Source: Rhodosorus marinus CCMP1338 (taxonomy: Eukaryota > Plantae > Rhodophyta). Taken from it: a DNA stretch of 64,000 nucleotides. Where the stretch lies: the NCBI GenBank assembly GCA_029953675.1, contig JAMWBK010000003.1, forward strand, positions 1,426,001-1,490,000. The letters run 5' to 3'. The position numbers were made by a program, and so were the translations under genes. The notes beneath the pieces are model-generated. The model was not told where the DNA came from. It saw nothing but the letters and a program-made list of their open reading frames with translations, and did no database searches. Positions 37,346 through 48,069 of the stretch are shown one piece after another (within the stretch, counting starts at the first letter, position 1; every line of letters begins with the position of its first letter).

Positions 37346-40300
37346 ATGGATGCTAGGTTGTGCTTCGTGGTGGATGTGGGAAGACTGGTTGTGGGTAGGG
37401 GAGATGCGAGATCGATTAGGAGAATAGGTAACTGTAGCCCGTGGAGATGCGGGGGAAGGGCGCCAATTTTGAAACGCGCGGCTGTCGTGAATGGATCAGA
37501 TGAACCCGCAGCCGAAGTACCTAAGAACGAGGATGATGCTGAGGAAGCGGACGTAATTGAAAAAAGTACGGGAGTTGATGCTGTTGATTCACGCGCTGAC
37601 GCACCTGAGACTGAGGTCGTTGATGCCCGTGACCATGTCGATGAGGACGCAGAAGAGAGATTGTCGGCCGAAGTCGACCAGACTGGGCCTGACACTGCTA
37701 CAATAGCATCCGCAGAATCAGAAGATGCGCCAACACCTGAAGCTTCGGATCAGGGAGCAGGTGAGGACCTGTCAGATGAATTGGAGGAAATTGAAAATCG
37801 GGGCGATGAGGATGCGGAGGACGCATCCGGAGATTCTGGCGAGGGCACTCAATCTCGGCCACCGGAGAAAACAAAACAGGTCAAGGAGCCGGTGAAGACT
37901 CCTCAGGGTTCGTACATAATAGTCAGTGGGCCTAAGGGATACTGGGGTCGTGTGTGCAGCGGATGTGGGGCCGTTGTCGGCCAGGTAGAGGGGTCCAGTA
38001 AGAGAGAAGCCAAAATGAAATCCGGATCAATGAAAGAATTGAGGTTGAAGTGGCAGAAACTATCGAGAACAGCGGACATCACGAGGAAGGCACTCTGCGA
38101 TCGATGTCGTCTCCTGGAGCGCGGTGACATTCGAGCGGCTCTTCGAGCCCTTGATGATGTGGACCCGTTGGTCTTCAAGAACCAGCTTCGATTGTTGAAG
38201 GGTAGGCAGGTGATGGTGTTGAAAGTAATCGATGCTCTGGACTTCGATGGCTCGTGGGTTGGCTCTTTGCGGGACCTAATTGGTGGTAACCCTATTGTTC
38301 TGGCCGTTACGAAAATGGACCTGGTGGTGGACCCAGACGACGCCGTTGGTAGGAATCGTCTGATGGCCTGGATCAATCGGAGAGTTGCGATGAAGGGCAT
38401 TCGTCCTGTTGCATCTTTTGCGGTTAGCGGAAAGCTTGGCTTGGGAGTGGACGACCTCGCCGAGTACGCTTTGGAGACCTTGAACGGTCGAAACTTGTAT
38501 GTCGTCGGGTACGCGAATTCTGGAAAGTCTACGTTGGTGAATCAACTGAAAGCTGCTTTCGCGACGAGGGCCTACTTCGTGGGCCCTCGAGGCTACGGTC
38601 GAAAGAAGGATCTCGAGCGTGCTACTGCAACTGTATCCCGCTTGCCTGGAACGACGCTCAAGTCGATCAGAATCCCGTGCTTCAAATCACACAAGCATGC
38701 TATGTGGGACACTCCAGGAATCATTGTTCCCAGGTATCGCTTTGACGGCCTTGAGGACGCTAGGATTAAGATGATCTCCGAGGAACCCACTCGACTGGAG
38801 CCCAAGATATTTAAAATGTACCCAGAAGACCTTATCGTCGTCGGGGACAACTATCTCCAGATAGAGATTACACCGGAACCTGGGAGAAGGAGAGCTGGAC
38901 CCGTGGAAATGAAATGGTACTCCCCACTCTGCACGGATGTGGAATTGCTAAATAGGGACGAGGCGCTGGCGAGGATTCCAAGGGAAAGACCAGACGATGT
39001 GGATAATAAAGTGATTCCAAGACTGACGAAGGAGTTCGTGCCCAGCGTCTCCGTTCGCGGTGGTGTTGACGCGGACATAGTCATTCAAAATCTGGGCTTT
39101 ATGGCTTTGTGGAGCCGCAATCAAGACTTTGCCGTTCGCATATTCGTCCCACGGGGATGCAACCCAACAGTTCGTCCGAGCATGCCGATTCCGGATTATA
39201 GCCGATTGCCCCCCCCTGCACAGCGAGATGCAGACGACTACAGCGTAGAAGTCGCTGGAGGTTGGCGTGATGTTTCCTCACGGACGGACAAGAACAAGGA
39301 GAGGAAGGAAATAGAACTAAAACGCATGAGAGATGCGGAAGAAAAAGCTCGAGGGGAAGACGATGGTGAATTTGACCCCAGCGATCGTGAGAAGGACGAT
39401 GATGGCGACGACGATGATTTCGAAGATGGCGATGACGACGACGATGAATTTGTTGGAGGGCGAGGGAAATCACTCCGCATGGACGATATATTCAGCGACC
39501 GGGAGTCGTCGATCAGTAAGTTCAGTTTCGAAGATGAAGATAGAAGACCACCTCGTGGACAGTCCCGCGGAGCCCCGGCTGAAGGCCGGGCGGCCAGAAC
39601 GAACCGAGCATACCGACCGTCTGAGAAAGGTGGACGGGGTGTCAGGCCGACCGAGAGCGCGGGTCCGTATTCGAGGTCGAAGGAAAGCATTCAAGAGGAT
39701 GATTTGGATGATTTCGGATTTGACATGGACTTCGACGTTGAAGCCGTGAACACGAGGAGCGGTGGTAAAGGGGACCGAAATCCGTCTGGTGTTCGAGGGG
39801 AGCCGCCCAGGCGGAGACAACCTAGCAAAGCCTTCCTCGATGATGAGGACGATGACGACGACGACGACGACGACTTCTTTGGCTTTGGGGAGGAACGGAA
39901 TCGAGCCCGTGGTCGTAACGGCGAACCCGAAGCGAAACGTGGGGAAAGCAAGTCGTCCTCGTCTTCTTTCAAACCCTCAAATGATGATTTTGAGGAGGAG
40001 GACGAGCTATTCGACTTTGAAACGGGTGGGAGGGAGTTGATGAGCCTGGACGAGGACGAGGAGGATCTTGGTGAGGAAGCCATCGTCTTTGATAAAGACG
40101 AATACGAAAAGCGAACCAAGCCGCCTCCTCCCCGAGGGGAATTTGCAAAGCGACGAGCATCTGGTGACGAGTATGTAGATGACAAGGGCAATGAAGACGA
40201 CTTGTCTGGGTCGTTCGACACCACGCCGATAGAGTTGAAGGGCAAAAGCAGAGGCCCGGCGAACAAAACGGATCAACAGTCGCTTGAGGATATGATCTTT

Positions 40301-41533
40301 GGAGAATCTGGTTCTTTGGACGGTATTGCACCTAGGAAAAGCCATGATTTGGAGGACGAGGATGACGACCCGGATTTCTTCTGGGATGATCGGAAGGGGA
40401 AAGGATCCCCCCGCGCTGACTTTGATGGCCCCGATGATGTCGTGAAATCTCAGGACGATTTCTTCTGGAAGCAGCCAAGGGCGAGCAACGAGAAGAACAC
40501 GCGGAGTGGGGGGAGGGCCTCTTCTAGGGGCCAAGGCTCTCGGAGTGAAGACTTGGATTGGTTTTCAGATATTGAGGGCGACGTCGAGGGCCGTGGAACT
40601 CGCGGCATGGGAGAGCGGCGCCAGGATGGAATGGGCACACGGAGGATTCGCTCAGGGGACTTCTTCGATGGCAGCAGATCTTCAACAAATCGTAGGAAAG
40701 GGAATAAGTCCAACCCTGAATCGCAGGATCGCCAACGGGGATCAAGATCAACAGACAGGGACGACTTTTTCAATTTTGACGACGATCTGTTTGACACGAC
40801 CGATGAAAGACCGAACCCTTCAGATTCTGGGTCTCGTCGAAAGGGAAAACGAGACTCCTCTAACCCTAGGAGGGGACCGAGTCCGGACCGCGACGATGAT
40901 TTTTGGTCTTCTGGAAAAGGACCAGAGAGCAGGAGGCCCCAAGGTAGGAGATCCGGAGGATCAAACAAATTTTCAGATGACAGAGGGCGTTCGAGCGGAA
41001 GGAGGGAGGAGGAGCCGAACTATTCCTTCGACATTGAGGACGAATCAGATTTTTGGGGCAACAAAGGAAGCTTTGCTAGCGACTCCCGGTACCGCTCAGG
41101 TGACCGAGAAAGGAATCGCAAAGGCCAGGCGGAACCCAGATCTCGAAACAGCGGTAGGCAGCCCCCAGACGATGACTTGGACAGCTTCTTAGAGGATCTC
41201 GACTTGATCCCCAAAAAGGAAAGCTCACCTCAGAACCAACGACGCGACCAGCGGGGTCGCCGCAGCATCGGAGGTTCTTCCAAAGGCTCAACGAGGGGGG
41301 ACTCGAAGCGCGACAGAATTTCGGGAGTCGACGACGAAACAGATTTTTGGTTGACGAAAACACAGTCTAACCGGCGTGATGCTTCCGACAGGGGCGGGCC
41401 GAGACCAACAGACGGTGGAGATGACGACGACTGGTTTTTAAACGATTCGTTCACACCGCCAGACTCCAAGATTGGCAAGAAACAGCCCGAGTCGAAAGAA
41501 TCGGACGACTTTATTGACTCTTTTTTTGGATAG
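37346..41533 (+). CDS. YqeH/NOA1-family circularly permuted GTPase, organelle-targeted, with very long acidic disordered tail
   Basis: Zn-finger CSGC...CDRC, then G4 TKMD, G5 SGKLGLG, G1 GYANSGKST, G2 PGTT and G3 DTPG in cpGTPase order. Intronless ORF; in-frame ATGs at 37316 and 37346 with a transit-peptide-like N-terminus. Confidence 0.88.
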   Translation: MDARLCFVVDVGRLVVGRGDARSIRRIGNCSPWRCGGRAPILKRAAVVNGSDEPAAEVPKNEDDAEEADVIEKSTGVDAVDSRADAPETEVVDARDHVDEDAEERLSAEVDQTGPDTATIASAESEDAPTPEASDQGAGEDLSDELEEIENRGDEDAEDASGDSGEGTQSRPPEKTKQVKEPVKTPQGSYIIVSGPKGYWGRVCSGCGAVVGQVEGSSKREAKMKSGSMKELRLKWQKLSRTADITRKALCDRCRLLERGDIRAALRALDDVDPLVFKNQLRLLKGRQVMVLKVIDALDFDGSWVGSLRDLIGGNPIVLAVTKMDLVVDPDDAVGRNRLMAWINRRVAMKGIRPVASFAVSGKLGLGVDDLAEYALETLNGRNLYVVGYANSGKSTLVNQLKAAFATRAYFVGPRGYGRKKDLERATATVSRLPGTTLKSIRIPCFKSHKHAMWDTPGIIVPRYRFDGLEDARIKMISEEPTRLEPKIFKMYPEDLIVVGDNYLQIEITPEPGRRRAGPVEMKWYSPLCTDVELLNRDEALARIPRERPDDVDNKVIPRLTKEFVPSVSVRGGVDADIVIQNLGFMALWSRNQDFAVRIFVPRGCNPTVRPSMPIPDYSRLPPPAQRDADDYSVEVAGGWRDVSSRTDKNKERKEIELKRMRDAEEKARGEDDGEFDPSDREKDDDGDDDDFEDGDDDDDEFVGGRGKSLRMDDIFSDRESSISKFSFEDEDRRPPRGQSRGAPAEGRAARTNRAYRPSEKGGRGVRPTESAGPYSRSKESIQEDDLDDFGFDMDFDVEAVNTRSGGKGDRNPSGVRGEPPRRRQPSKAFLDDEDDDDDDDDDFFGFGEERNRARGRNGEPEAKRGESKSSSSSFKPSNDDFEEEDELFDFETGGRELMSLDEDEEDLGEEAIVFDKDEYEKRTKPPPPRGEFAKRRASGDEYVDDKGNEDDLSGSFDTTPIELKGKSRGPANKTDQQSLEDMIFGESGSLDGIAPRKSHDLEDEDDDPDFFWDDRKGKGSPRADFDGPDDVVKSQDDFFWKQPRASNEKNTRSGGRASSRGQGSRSEDLDWFSDIEGDVEGRGTRGMGERRQDGMGTRRIRSGDFFDGSRSSTNRRKGNKSNPESQDRQRGSRSTDRDDFFNFDDDLFDTTDERPNPSDSGSRRKGKRDSSNPRRGPSPDRDDDFWSSGKGPESRRPQGRRSGGSNKFSDDRGRSSGRREEEPNYSFDIEDESDFWGNKGSFASDSRYRSGDRERNRKGQAEPRSRNSGRQPPDDDLDSFLEDLDLIPKKESSPQNQRRDQRGRRSIGGSSKGSTRGDSKRDRISGVDDETDFWLTKTQSNRRDASDRGGPRPTDGGDDDDWFLNDSFTPPDSKIGKKQPESKESDDFIDSFFG

Positions 41534-42242
41534 GCCGTTGAGCAATGGGTTGTAGATATTCTCGAATGCACGACGAAAAAGTGGAATAAAAAGAAATTCT
41601 TAGTTAGCTACTTGAGCACTGATCGTGCTCGGTTTTTTTCGTGTCCAAACGTATCTGCAGTATATTGAGCTCGAGATCTTCAAAGTGCCCAGTTCAGCTC
41701 GTGCCCTGGACTGCTCCATTAGTACACTGGGTGGATCCCTCGAGGAAGGGTTCCATCTAGTCTAGCTGCGTGTTCTGAGGTAAGTCGAAGGTTAAGTTAC
41801 AAGCGAGCCTAGCAAATTTCTCGAATGAAGGGTTTTCTTTAAGCAGTCACAGCGAGGATTGGACTTGTCAATTCCACCTGTTCAAATGTCACATCTCTCC
41901 ACAACCAACATTGCAATTCCTTCCAGCTAACACTAGTGAAAGGCTAAACCCTAGTTATTAGTTCATCTTCACGCCTTGCGTAGCGCTTCAGCCTTCAGGC
42001 TATGCTAGTAAAGTCCAGTGAAAGGCAGATACCCTTTTCACACAACATCAGTCTAAACGGATCAATTTAGATTGATCTAGCTGTTTTTTTTGTTCGAAAG
42101 CGCTGAGGGGCCAGAAATAACTCGCGTTTGAGGTCGAGAGAGATGTTCACAGGATTCGGTATTGGAGAGGCGCTTATTGACGGTGTTCGAGTTTGCTAGA
42201 CCAGACGTGGATTGACTTTGGACAGGTTTAAACGAAGAAGTA

Positions 42243-42979
42243 ATGGACGAAATGATGTCAGAAGAATTTAATAGTGCTCAGTGCTGTAGGATTTGTCATG
42301 AGCGAAGCGATGAGTTGATAAAACCATGTAATTGTCGCGGGACGATGGCTACGGTACATCAGGAGTGCATTCAGGTGAGTTCATTCAAATCTGGTGCAGG
42401 CCGTATGGTCTCTGGAGTTAAATTTTGACGGGACTCCTCGTTTGTTCCATTTGCCTACTACCGTTCTCCCTGAAAGATGTGGCTCACGCATAGAAACCCT
42501 GATCAGATGACTTGTGAGCTGTGCGGATATCCCTTTAGAATGACAGTGAGGACGAAATCCGTGTTTTGCTTTCTATTCTCGGCTGGCTTTTGGTGGAAGA
42601 ACCTTCTTCATATTACGTACATTACCTTTATAGCGAGGAGGTATGATCGATCGCTCGTTGCTGTTTGTCGTTTTGCCGGACTTCGCAACGGCTGGGGCAC
42701 ATGTGTTGCTGTGGAAGGTTGAAGGTTGATCAAATTGCTTTCTGTGGTGTTTTCGTTTGTTTTTGGCTGTACAGAATGTGGATTCAAGCTGGAGTCGTCG
42801 CCAAAGTAATCCCACACGCAAGAAAGAAGAGCTGGCCATTCCTATGGCGTTTGTGTCTGCACTGCCTCATGCTCGGACACTACTCCGTTTTCCTTTTGGT
42901 GGATGTCCCGTTCCTCGTCAAGAGATGGCTTCGATGGAGACACATAACTGCAGAGCTAGTCGTCCACGAAAAAGTATGA
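42243..42979 (+). CDS. MARCH-type RING-CH membrane E3 ligase (3 exons)
   Basis: CRICHERSDELIKPCNCRGTMATVHQECIQ|MWLTHRNPDQMTCELCGYPF (C4HC3), followed by hydrophobic segments. Confidence 0.85.
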
Positions 42980-43167
42980 ACCAAGCATACTGGTCTAATT
43001 CATCGATAACAAGCTAACAATTTCGGAGTGCTGAACCTAGAGCTAGACTCCATATAGCCGACCTTCCTCCTGCTGCACGAGAATTTGATGCCGTAATCTG
43101 CCAAGGGGCCAAACAGCCCAATAGGTGTAGCGGCCATCGTCGGTGTGTTTGTGGTTACGGCTCCTTA

Positions 43168-44139
43168 CTACACCCCGCCGGAAATGTACGTATGATATGG
43201 GCAATCACCCATCTCCAAGCTTTCTGTGGGGAAGTAGACCTTCATGGTGTTGTTAAAAGCGGCTTCGCAGAGTTGATCCTCAGAAATGCCTCGAGCTGCA
43301 GCGACCACCTCGGTGACGCATCGGATATGGCAAGGTTCGCATCGACCTTTGACGCAGGCGCCTAGCTCGAATTTCTTCTTATCTTTTGCTGGCCATTTGC
43401 TCTGTACGTGAGAGAATCCCGCGTGCGAAGGTCGAATTTCGCAGTACGGCGAGTCTGTCTCCAACATGATTCGATCGAGCGGGACAGCTGAGGCTACCTT
43501 GATGTTCTCCTCGGTTTTCAAGGAACATCCGTTTATTCCTATAAAAAGCCCCAGGTCCAGCAACTCGTTCATTTCCTCCATTGAACCAGTAAAGGAATGT
43601 ACCACTCCAGAAGTAAACCGCCCTCTATTCTCGCTTGTCATTTTCACAAAGTCCCCAGCAGCATTTCTGTTGTGAAGGAACAGCGGAAGCTTAAAACGCT
43701 CCGCCAGAATAAACTGAGCCTCGTATCCAATCTTCTGCTGTTCAATTGAACAGAAGTGGGTTCTATCATAATCAAGTCCACATTCTCCAATTGCAACCAC
43801 TTTGTCACCTCCTTCTCGGATCACTCCGCTGAGAAGATCCAGGTGAGCATTCACGTCGCCTTTGAACTCATTCGCTCGTGTAGGATGCACTCCCACTGTA
43901 CTCACTAGCATCGAGTTATCCTTTACAAAATCGAGAGCCTCCCTGCTCTGATCCAATGTCCCAGCAGTTACCATGATCTTCATCACTCCAGCCTCCATCG
44001 CTCGCGAAAGAACGCTTTCCATATCATCCAAATGCCGCTCCGTCCCATTGTACACTCCGCGGAACATTCCATCGGTAAGATTCGCTCCAATGTCAATAAA
44101 TGCTCGGCTCATCCTTCTCTTCAAACCTGATGACATCAC
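43168..44139 (-). CDS. TatD-family DNase (TATDN1-like)
   Basis: FIDIGANLTD, TVGVHPT, VAIGECGLDYDR, LPLFLHNR, GVVHSFTG, GINGCSLKT, IMLETDSPYC. Intronless. Confidence 0.95.
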   Translation of the reverse strand: MMSSGLKRRMSRAFIDIGANLTDGMFRGVYNGTERHLDDMESVLSRAMEAGVMKIMVTAGTLDQSREALDFVKDNSMLVSTVGVHPTRANEFKGDVNAHLDLLSGVIREGGDKVVAIGECGLDYDRTHFCSIEQQKIGYEAQFILAERFKLPLFLHNRNAAGDFVKMTSENRGRFTSGVVHSFTGSMEEMNELLDLGLFIGINGCSLKTEENIKVASAVPLDRIMLETDSPYCEIRPSHAGFSHVQSKWPAKDKKKFELGACVKGRCEPCHIRCVTEVVAAARGISEDQLCEAAFNNTMKVYFPTESLEMGDCPYHTYISGGV

Positions 44140-45353
44140 AAAGAAAGCTCAACCCTATCCTAACAAAAGCGGCCAAACTAAAAACGCCAGTCTTCATCGC
44201 CTTCGAAGACCAGATGCGAGATCCGACAATTCTTCCAACAGAACTCGTGAAGTATCTCAACCACCCCGGCAGGTGCAGCAATGAATGGTGAGATGATGTT
44301 CTATATCGTACGGCTCATCGATTCCCAAAGGTCCAGGTGAGGTCTGCCGCGATCTGTGGGCAGTTGCCCATCAGACTCATAGGTCACTGGCGAAGTGAGA
44401 GCTTGGTCGACAACAGTGGGACATCAAGAGGGAGGGACTCTGCGATCCAGGTCGTCTCCTGGAGGGCGCGGACGACGGAGATTAACCTATGGCGGTAGAT
44501 TAAATCTTGACGGCGCCGCAGTTTCAATTCGACATGATATGACATGATACTGCTCGACGTGCTCTCCACAATATAGCATGGCTCCAATGAGAAGACTTCT
44601 TTCTTAGCATTGAGGAAGCCCGTCGGGCCAGGGCAACTTTTTCACGCGATGGTACCCATCAGTTGGGATTGGGGAATCAAAATCCTCCAAAATCTGTTCC
44701 CTTAAGCTCCAAATCCGATGATAGCAGGTTCCTCCACTAGTTAGTACTGTCTTAGATACTCCAGCTCTAAACTAAATAACCTGCGGGCTTTATAAGGAGA
44801 TAAGATACTACTACCCGGTTCCCCGCTGGGCCAGGCAAGCGTCTCATCTGCAGTACCACATGGCGACAAAACTAGGACTTCTCGACGTATCCAACTACGT
44901 ATGCATCCAAGGAAATCACTGGTCTTTTCCTTTCGACCACCATAAAATTCATATTATTCATAGATCTTACTATATTTCTCCCGCGAAATTAAGGAATATT
45001 ATCTATGTTGAGAAAAATGCTATTTTAAGACAGCTAAGACGATTTATTTTTAATTATATATTCTTTGAGGAAGTTGATATGCTCTAAAACTGGAAAGAGT
45101 CCGCTCTAGACCCGTACGGGTTAGGTAGGGTTCAGAATCGGCAGGTGTCTTTGGTGAGAGTGGAGTGCAGGCTGTGTTGGTGGACCTGCAGCGTGGATGA
45201 TATAGAATGCAAGCATATGTTCTGAGTGTAAAGGTATGATATGTTGAAGCTTTCATCTCTTGTTGCCGTAACAATGTTCTCATTGGTTGTTGTTTTTTTC
45301 CTGTTCCTTCTTCCCTTTTTTTTGTCGTGGTTTGAAGGGTCTGTATCTGAGGA

Positions 45354-46806
45354 ATGGGGAGGCCGGTAGGAGTTGAAGCTTCAGAGAGGGCTTTCACCAG
45401 CGTTTTGACTGGCCTAGCCCCTTTAAGAGCTTTCTTCAGAGTAGTCTGGTGCGGATCAAAGATCGGCGAAAGTTTGTCCTTTACAGCATCGGAGGAACAA
45501 CTTGTTGTGCGGAGCATAAACGCAACCAGATCGGTGGCGTCGGAGTTCTGCTTTTCGAAACTCTTTTTCGACGACTATGTTCTAGCAGATTCAAGAGGTA
45601 GTAAGGTTGCCACCTCCATAGCGGCGGCAAAGTTCCTGCTCCCGGCGGTTAAAAATCCAGGGTATGTACTGCCTCTGAACCGTCCTCACCGCCGAAGGCT
45701 AGTCGATTTGCTCACATCGGGCTTGTCCAACCTCCCCTCCCCCCTCACAGCCTGGTGAAGCAGCTCACGTTCTCTTTGCTAGTCAAGGACCAAGTCCTGC
45801 TGATAGAACTGCTCCTGAAGAGCGATATTTTGAAGAGATTCCATATTCCAGCCGAGGATAGTGAGATTCTCCGAGCCGTTTATAACACGGACCGGTGTAC
45901 GTGCAACGCGTCAGTCCGGCCCAGGTTCCTCTCTGACATCTTGTCAAATTTTCATGGGAAGCTAGAGGAAATCAAGTTTGCCTGCTCATCTTCTCAATTC
46001 CGGGTTTTGAGCTTTGTGGAGGTAAATGAAGGAGACGCCCACCTAAAATGCCTTGGCGGGACAGAGTGTCATTCCATTCGCTCACACAGTTTCTCAATCC
46101 TCTACTTCTTCCAAAGGACGAGGATGAGAACACAATGAACGTCCTGCTACGAACGGAGATTGCGGTGGATGTAAAAGAATTCGAGGAATACTTTTTCCCC
46201 AAAGCCGGCGTCGTCGAGCTGACTTTTAGCTTCAAGGCGTTCCGAGCCATTCTCGAACTGGCAGAAGGTTTTGATGTTCCCCTGAGAATTTTTTTTGACA
46301 AAGGGGGTCTACCAATAGTCTTCATTATCTCATATCCGGGGACCGTGAACCAGAGCTTCGAGGCGCAGTTCATCCTTGCCACGAGGCAGCACATCACGGA
46401 CTCGGCGGGAAGCAGCAGGACAGATTTACAGTCGACAGCAGAATCCGGTAGAAAGCAGAACTCCTTGGCAGAGAAGGCGTCGGCGTCAACGGCACCCGAG
46501 AGCTCCACGAGGCGTGGTAACACAAGCATCGCTTCGTTCCTAACAAGAGGTGGTGAGTTAGTTCGAAACCGAATTCTGCGAACGGATCACAGCTGCTGTT
46601 CTGTCCGAGGGCGAACGCCAGTGCTTATGCTTGAAATATCGTTTGCCATATTCGCAGATAACGATGACGGTTCTTGGAACAGGGCTGCGAACTCCAATGA
46701 AACACCAGCACATGCAGAGAAAAGTGGAATCGACGAGAGCAGAGGGGACAGGGGAGATGACGAGGACGACGATGAATTCGTTGAGGGAACACCACCCCCT
46801 GAGTAA
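45354..46806 (+). CDS. RAD9: 9-1-1 checkpoint clamp subunit RAD9 (3 exons)
   Basis: SKIGESLSF...LVVRSINATRSVASEFCFSKLFFDDY, RPRFLSDILSNF, LRTEIAVDVKEFEEY, ELTFSFKAFRAILELAE...IFFDKGGLPI, FEAQFILAT, and an acidic tail. Confidence 0.85.
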
Positions 46807-47126
46807 TCTGGTAACTTCCCCAGTTCATCATCGCACCACTCGTGAAACATTTTTCATCACGCCATCCGCAATGGCCCTTAGGGCTGACAAGCATACCAAT
46901 TTTCGTGGCTTGAACTAGAGTGTCCATCCGTATTTATAGCTATCAACTCGGCATGTACAAGACCTTTCTAGGCAGTTTTAAAGTTCAATACTTAACGTCC
47001 TACAGGTGGTCGAAGAGGCCAATTCCGGGATGGAGTTTCTCATCTGGGCATAACAGCTGGGCAAGACCTTCCAATCACTGAGCCTGTACCATCGTATCCC
47101 CGACTGGGCGCTGTAAACGACGGCGG

Positions 47127-48069
47127 TCATCCATACCTCGGATTAGCTTTGGCCCGGCTCTGCTTGTGGTCCTTCCTTATCTGCGCGTAAACGTCTTCCA
47201 CCCGCTGCCGATAAGGCTTTGGCCTGCGGTCTTCGTCCGGGAAATAGTCATATATTACTTCGGCATTCAAAAAGTCACCCGTGGTCGTCCTGAAAAGAGT
47301 GGTCACGAATAAGATGATGTTAATTTAGAAAGTCGCCTCGAGGCAGGCGCTTTTGGAGCTCCGGGGCAACATACTCATTGAACCTCATGTAGAACTTGAA
47401 CGGTTCAGCTCCCTCCAACAACCGGACATTGATAGCCACAATACCATTCCCCTCTTGTGCAACCTCGCGAAGAATACGATGGCTCACTGAAATCGAGCTC
47501 ATGGCTAATTGGTTGGTGGTCCTTCGGTTCCTGGCGAAAATTCGCAGAAAGGACCACAATGGCTTAGTCTAGAGTCTCAGCGTAGAAGGGAGGAGCTTGA
47601 TCGCATACAAGTATGTAGAAAGGTGGATGAGCTCCACAGAATTTTTGTTCACGTAGTTCAGCCCGGCCAGCATCTTCGTCTTCCGCGAGCGTAGTGTCAT
47701 CAAGGGAAACACTGTGGTTATGCCCACAAACGCGCAAACGTACTGCGTTATCATACTCCCAACTGTCTCGATGGGGACATCCACGAAGACATTGTAATAA
47801 GCACCGCCAAGCGCAAAGCACGAAAACTGAGTGAGAAGGGCCCCGGGCCCGAATCGCTCTAACCACTTCAGGCCACTCCGAAAAACAGTAATGCGTTCTT
47901 CTCCCTCTTTATTATCAAAGATCCCAGTGACGGGCAATGACGTCTCAGTCTTCTGGCCTTTCTGATCTTTGGCGCAGGCCACACCAGACTTGAAAGTCCG
48001 ACCTCCACGAAGCCACCGTCGATGAGGCGATCCAGAAGTTTTCAAAGCGTGGCTCCATCGTTGCAGCAT
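47127..48069 (-). CDS. TMEM223/TMEM70-like mitochondrial membrane protein (3 exons)
   Basis: Arg-rich N-terminal presequence and two hydrophobic helices. Spliced FYMRFNETTTGDFLNAEVIYDYF resembles the TMEM223 C-terminal motif as recalled. Intron 47374-47290. Confidence 0.45.

Noticed and set aside
37903-41571. Many minus-strand and alternative-frame ORFs inside the GTPase gene
   Set aside because: Shadow ORFs of a low-complexity D/E/R/S-rich coding sequence.
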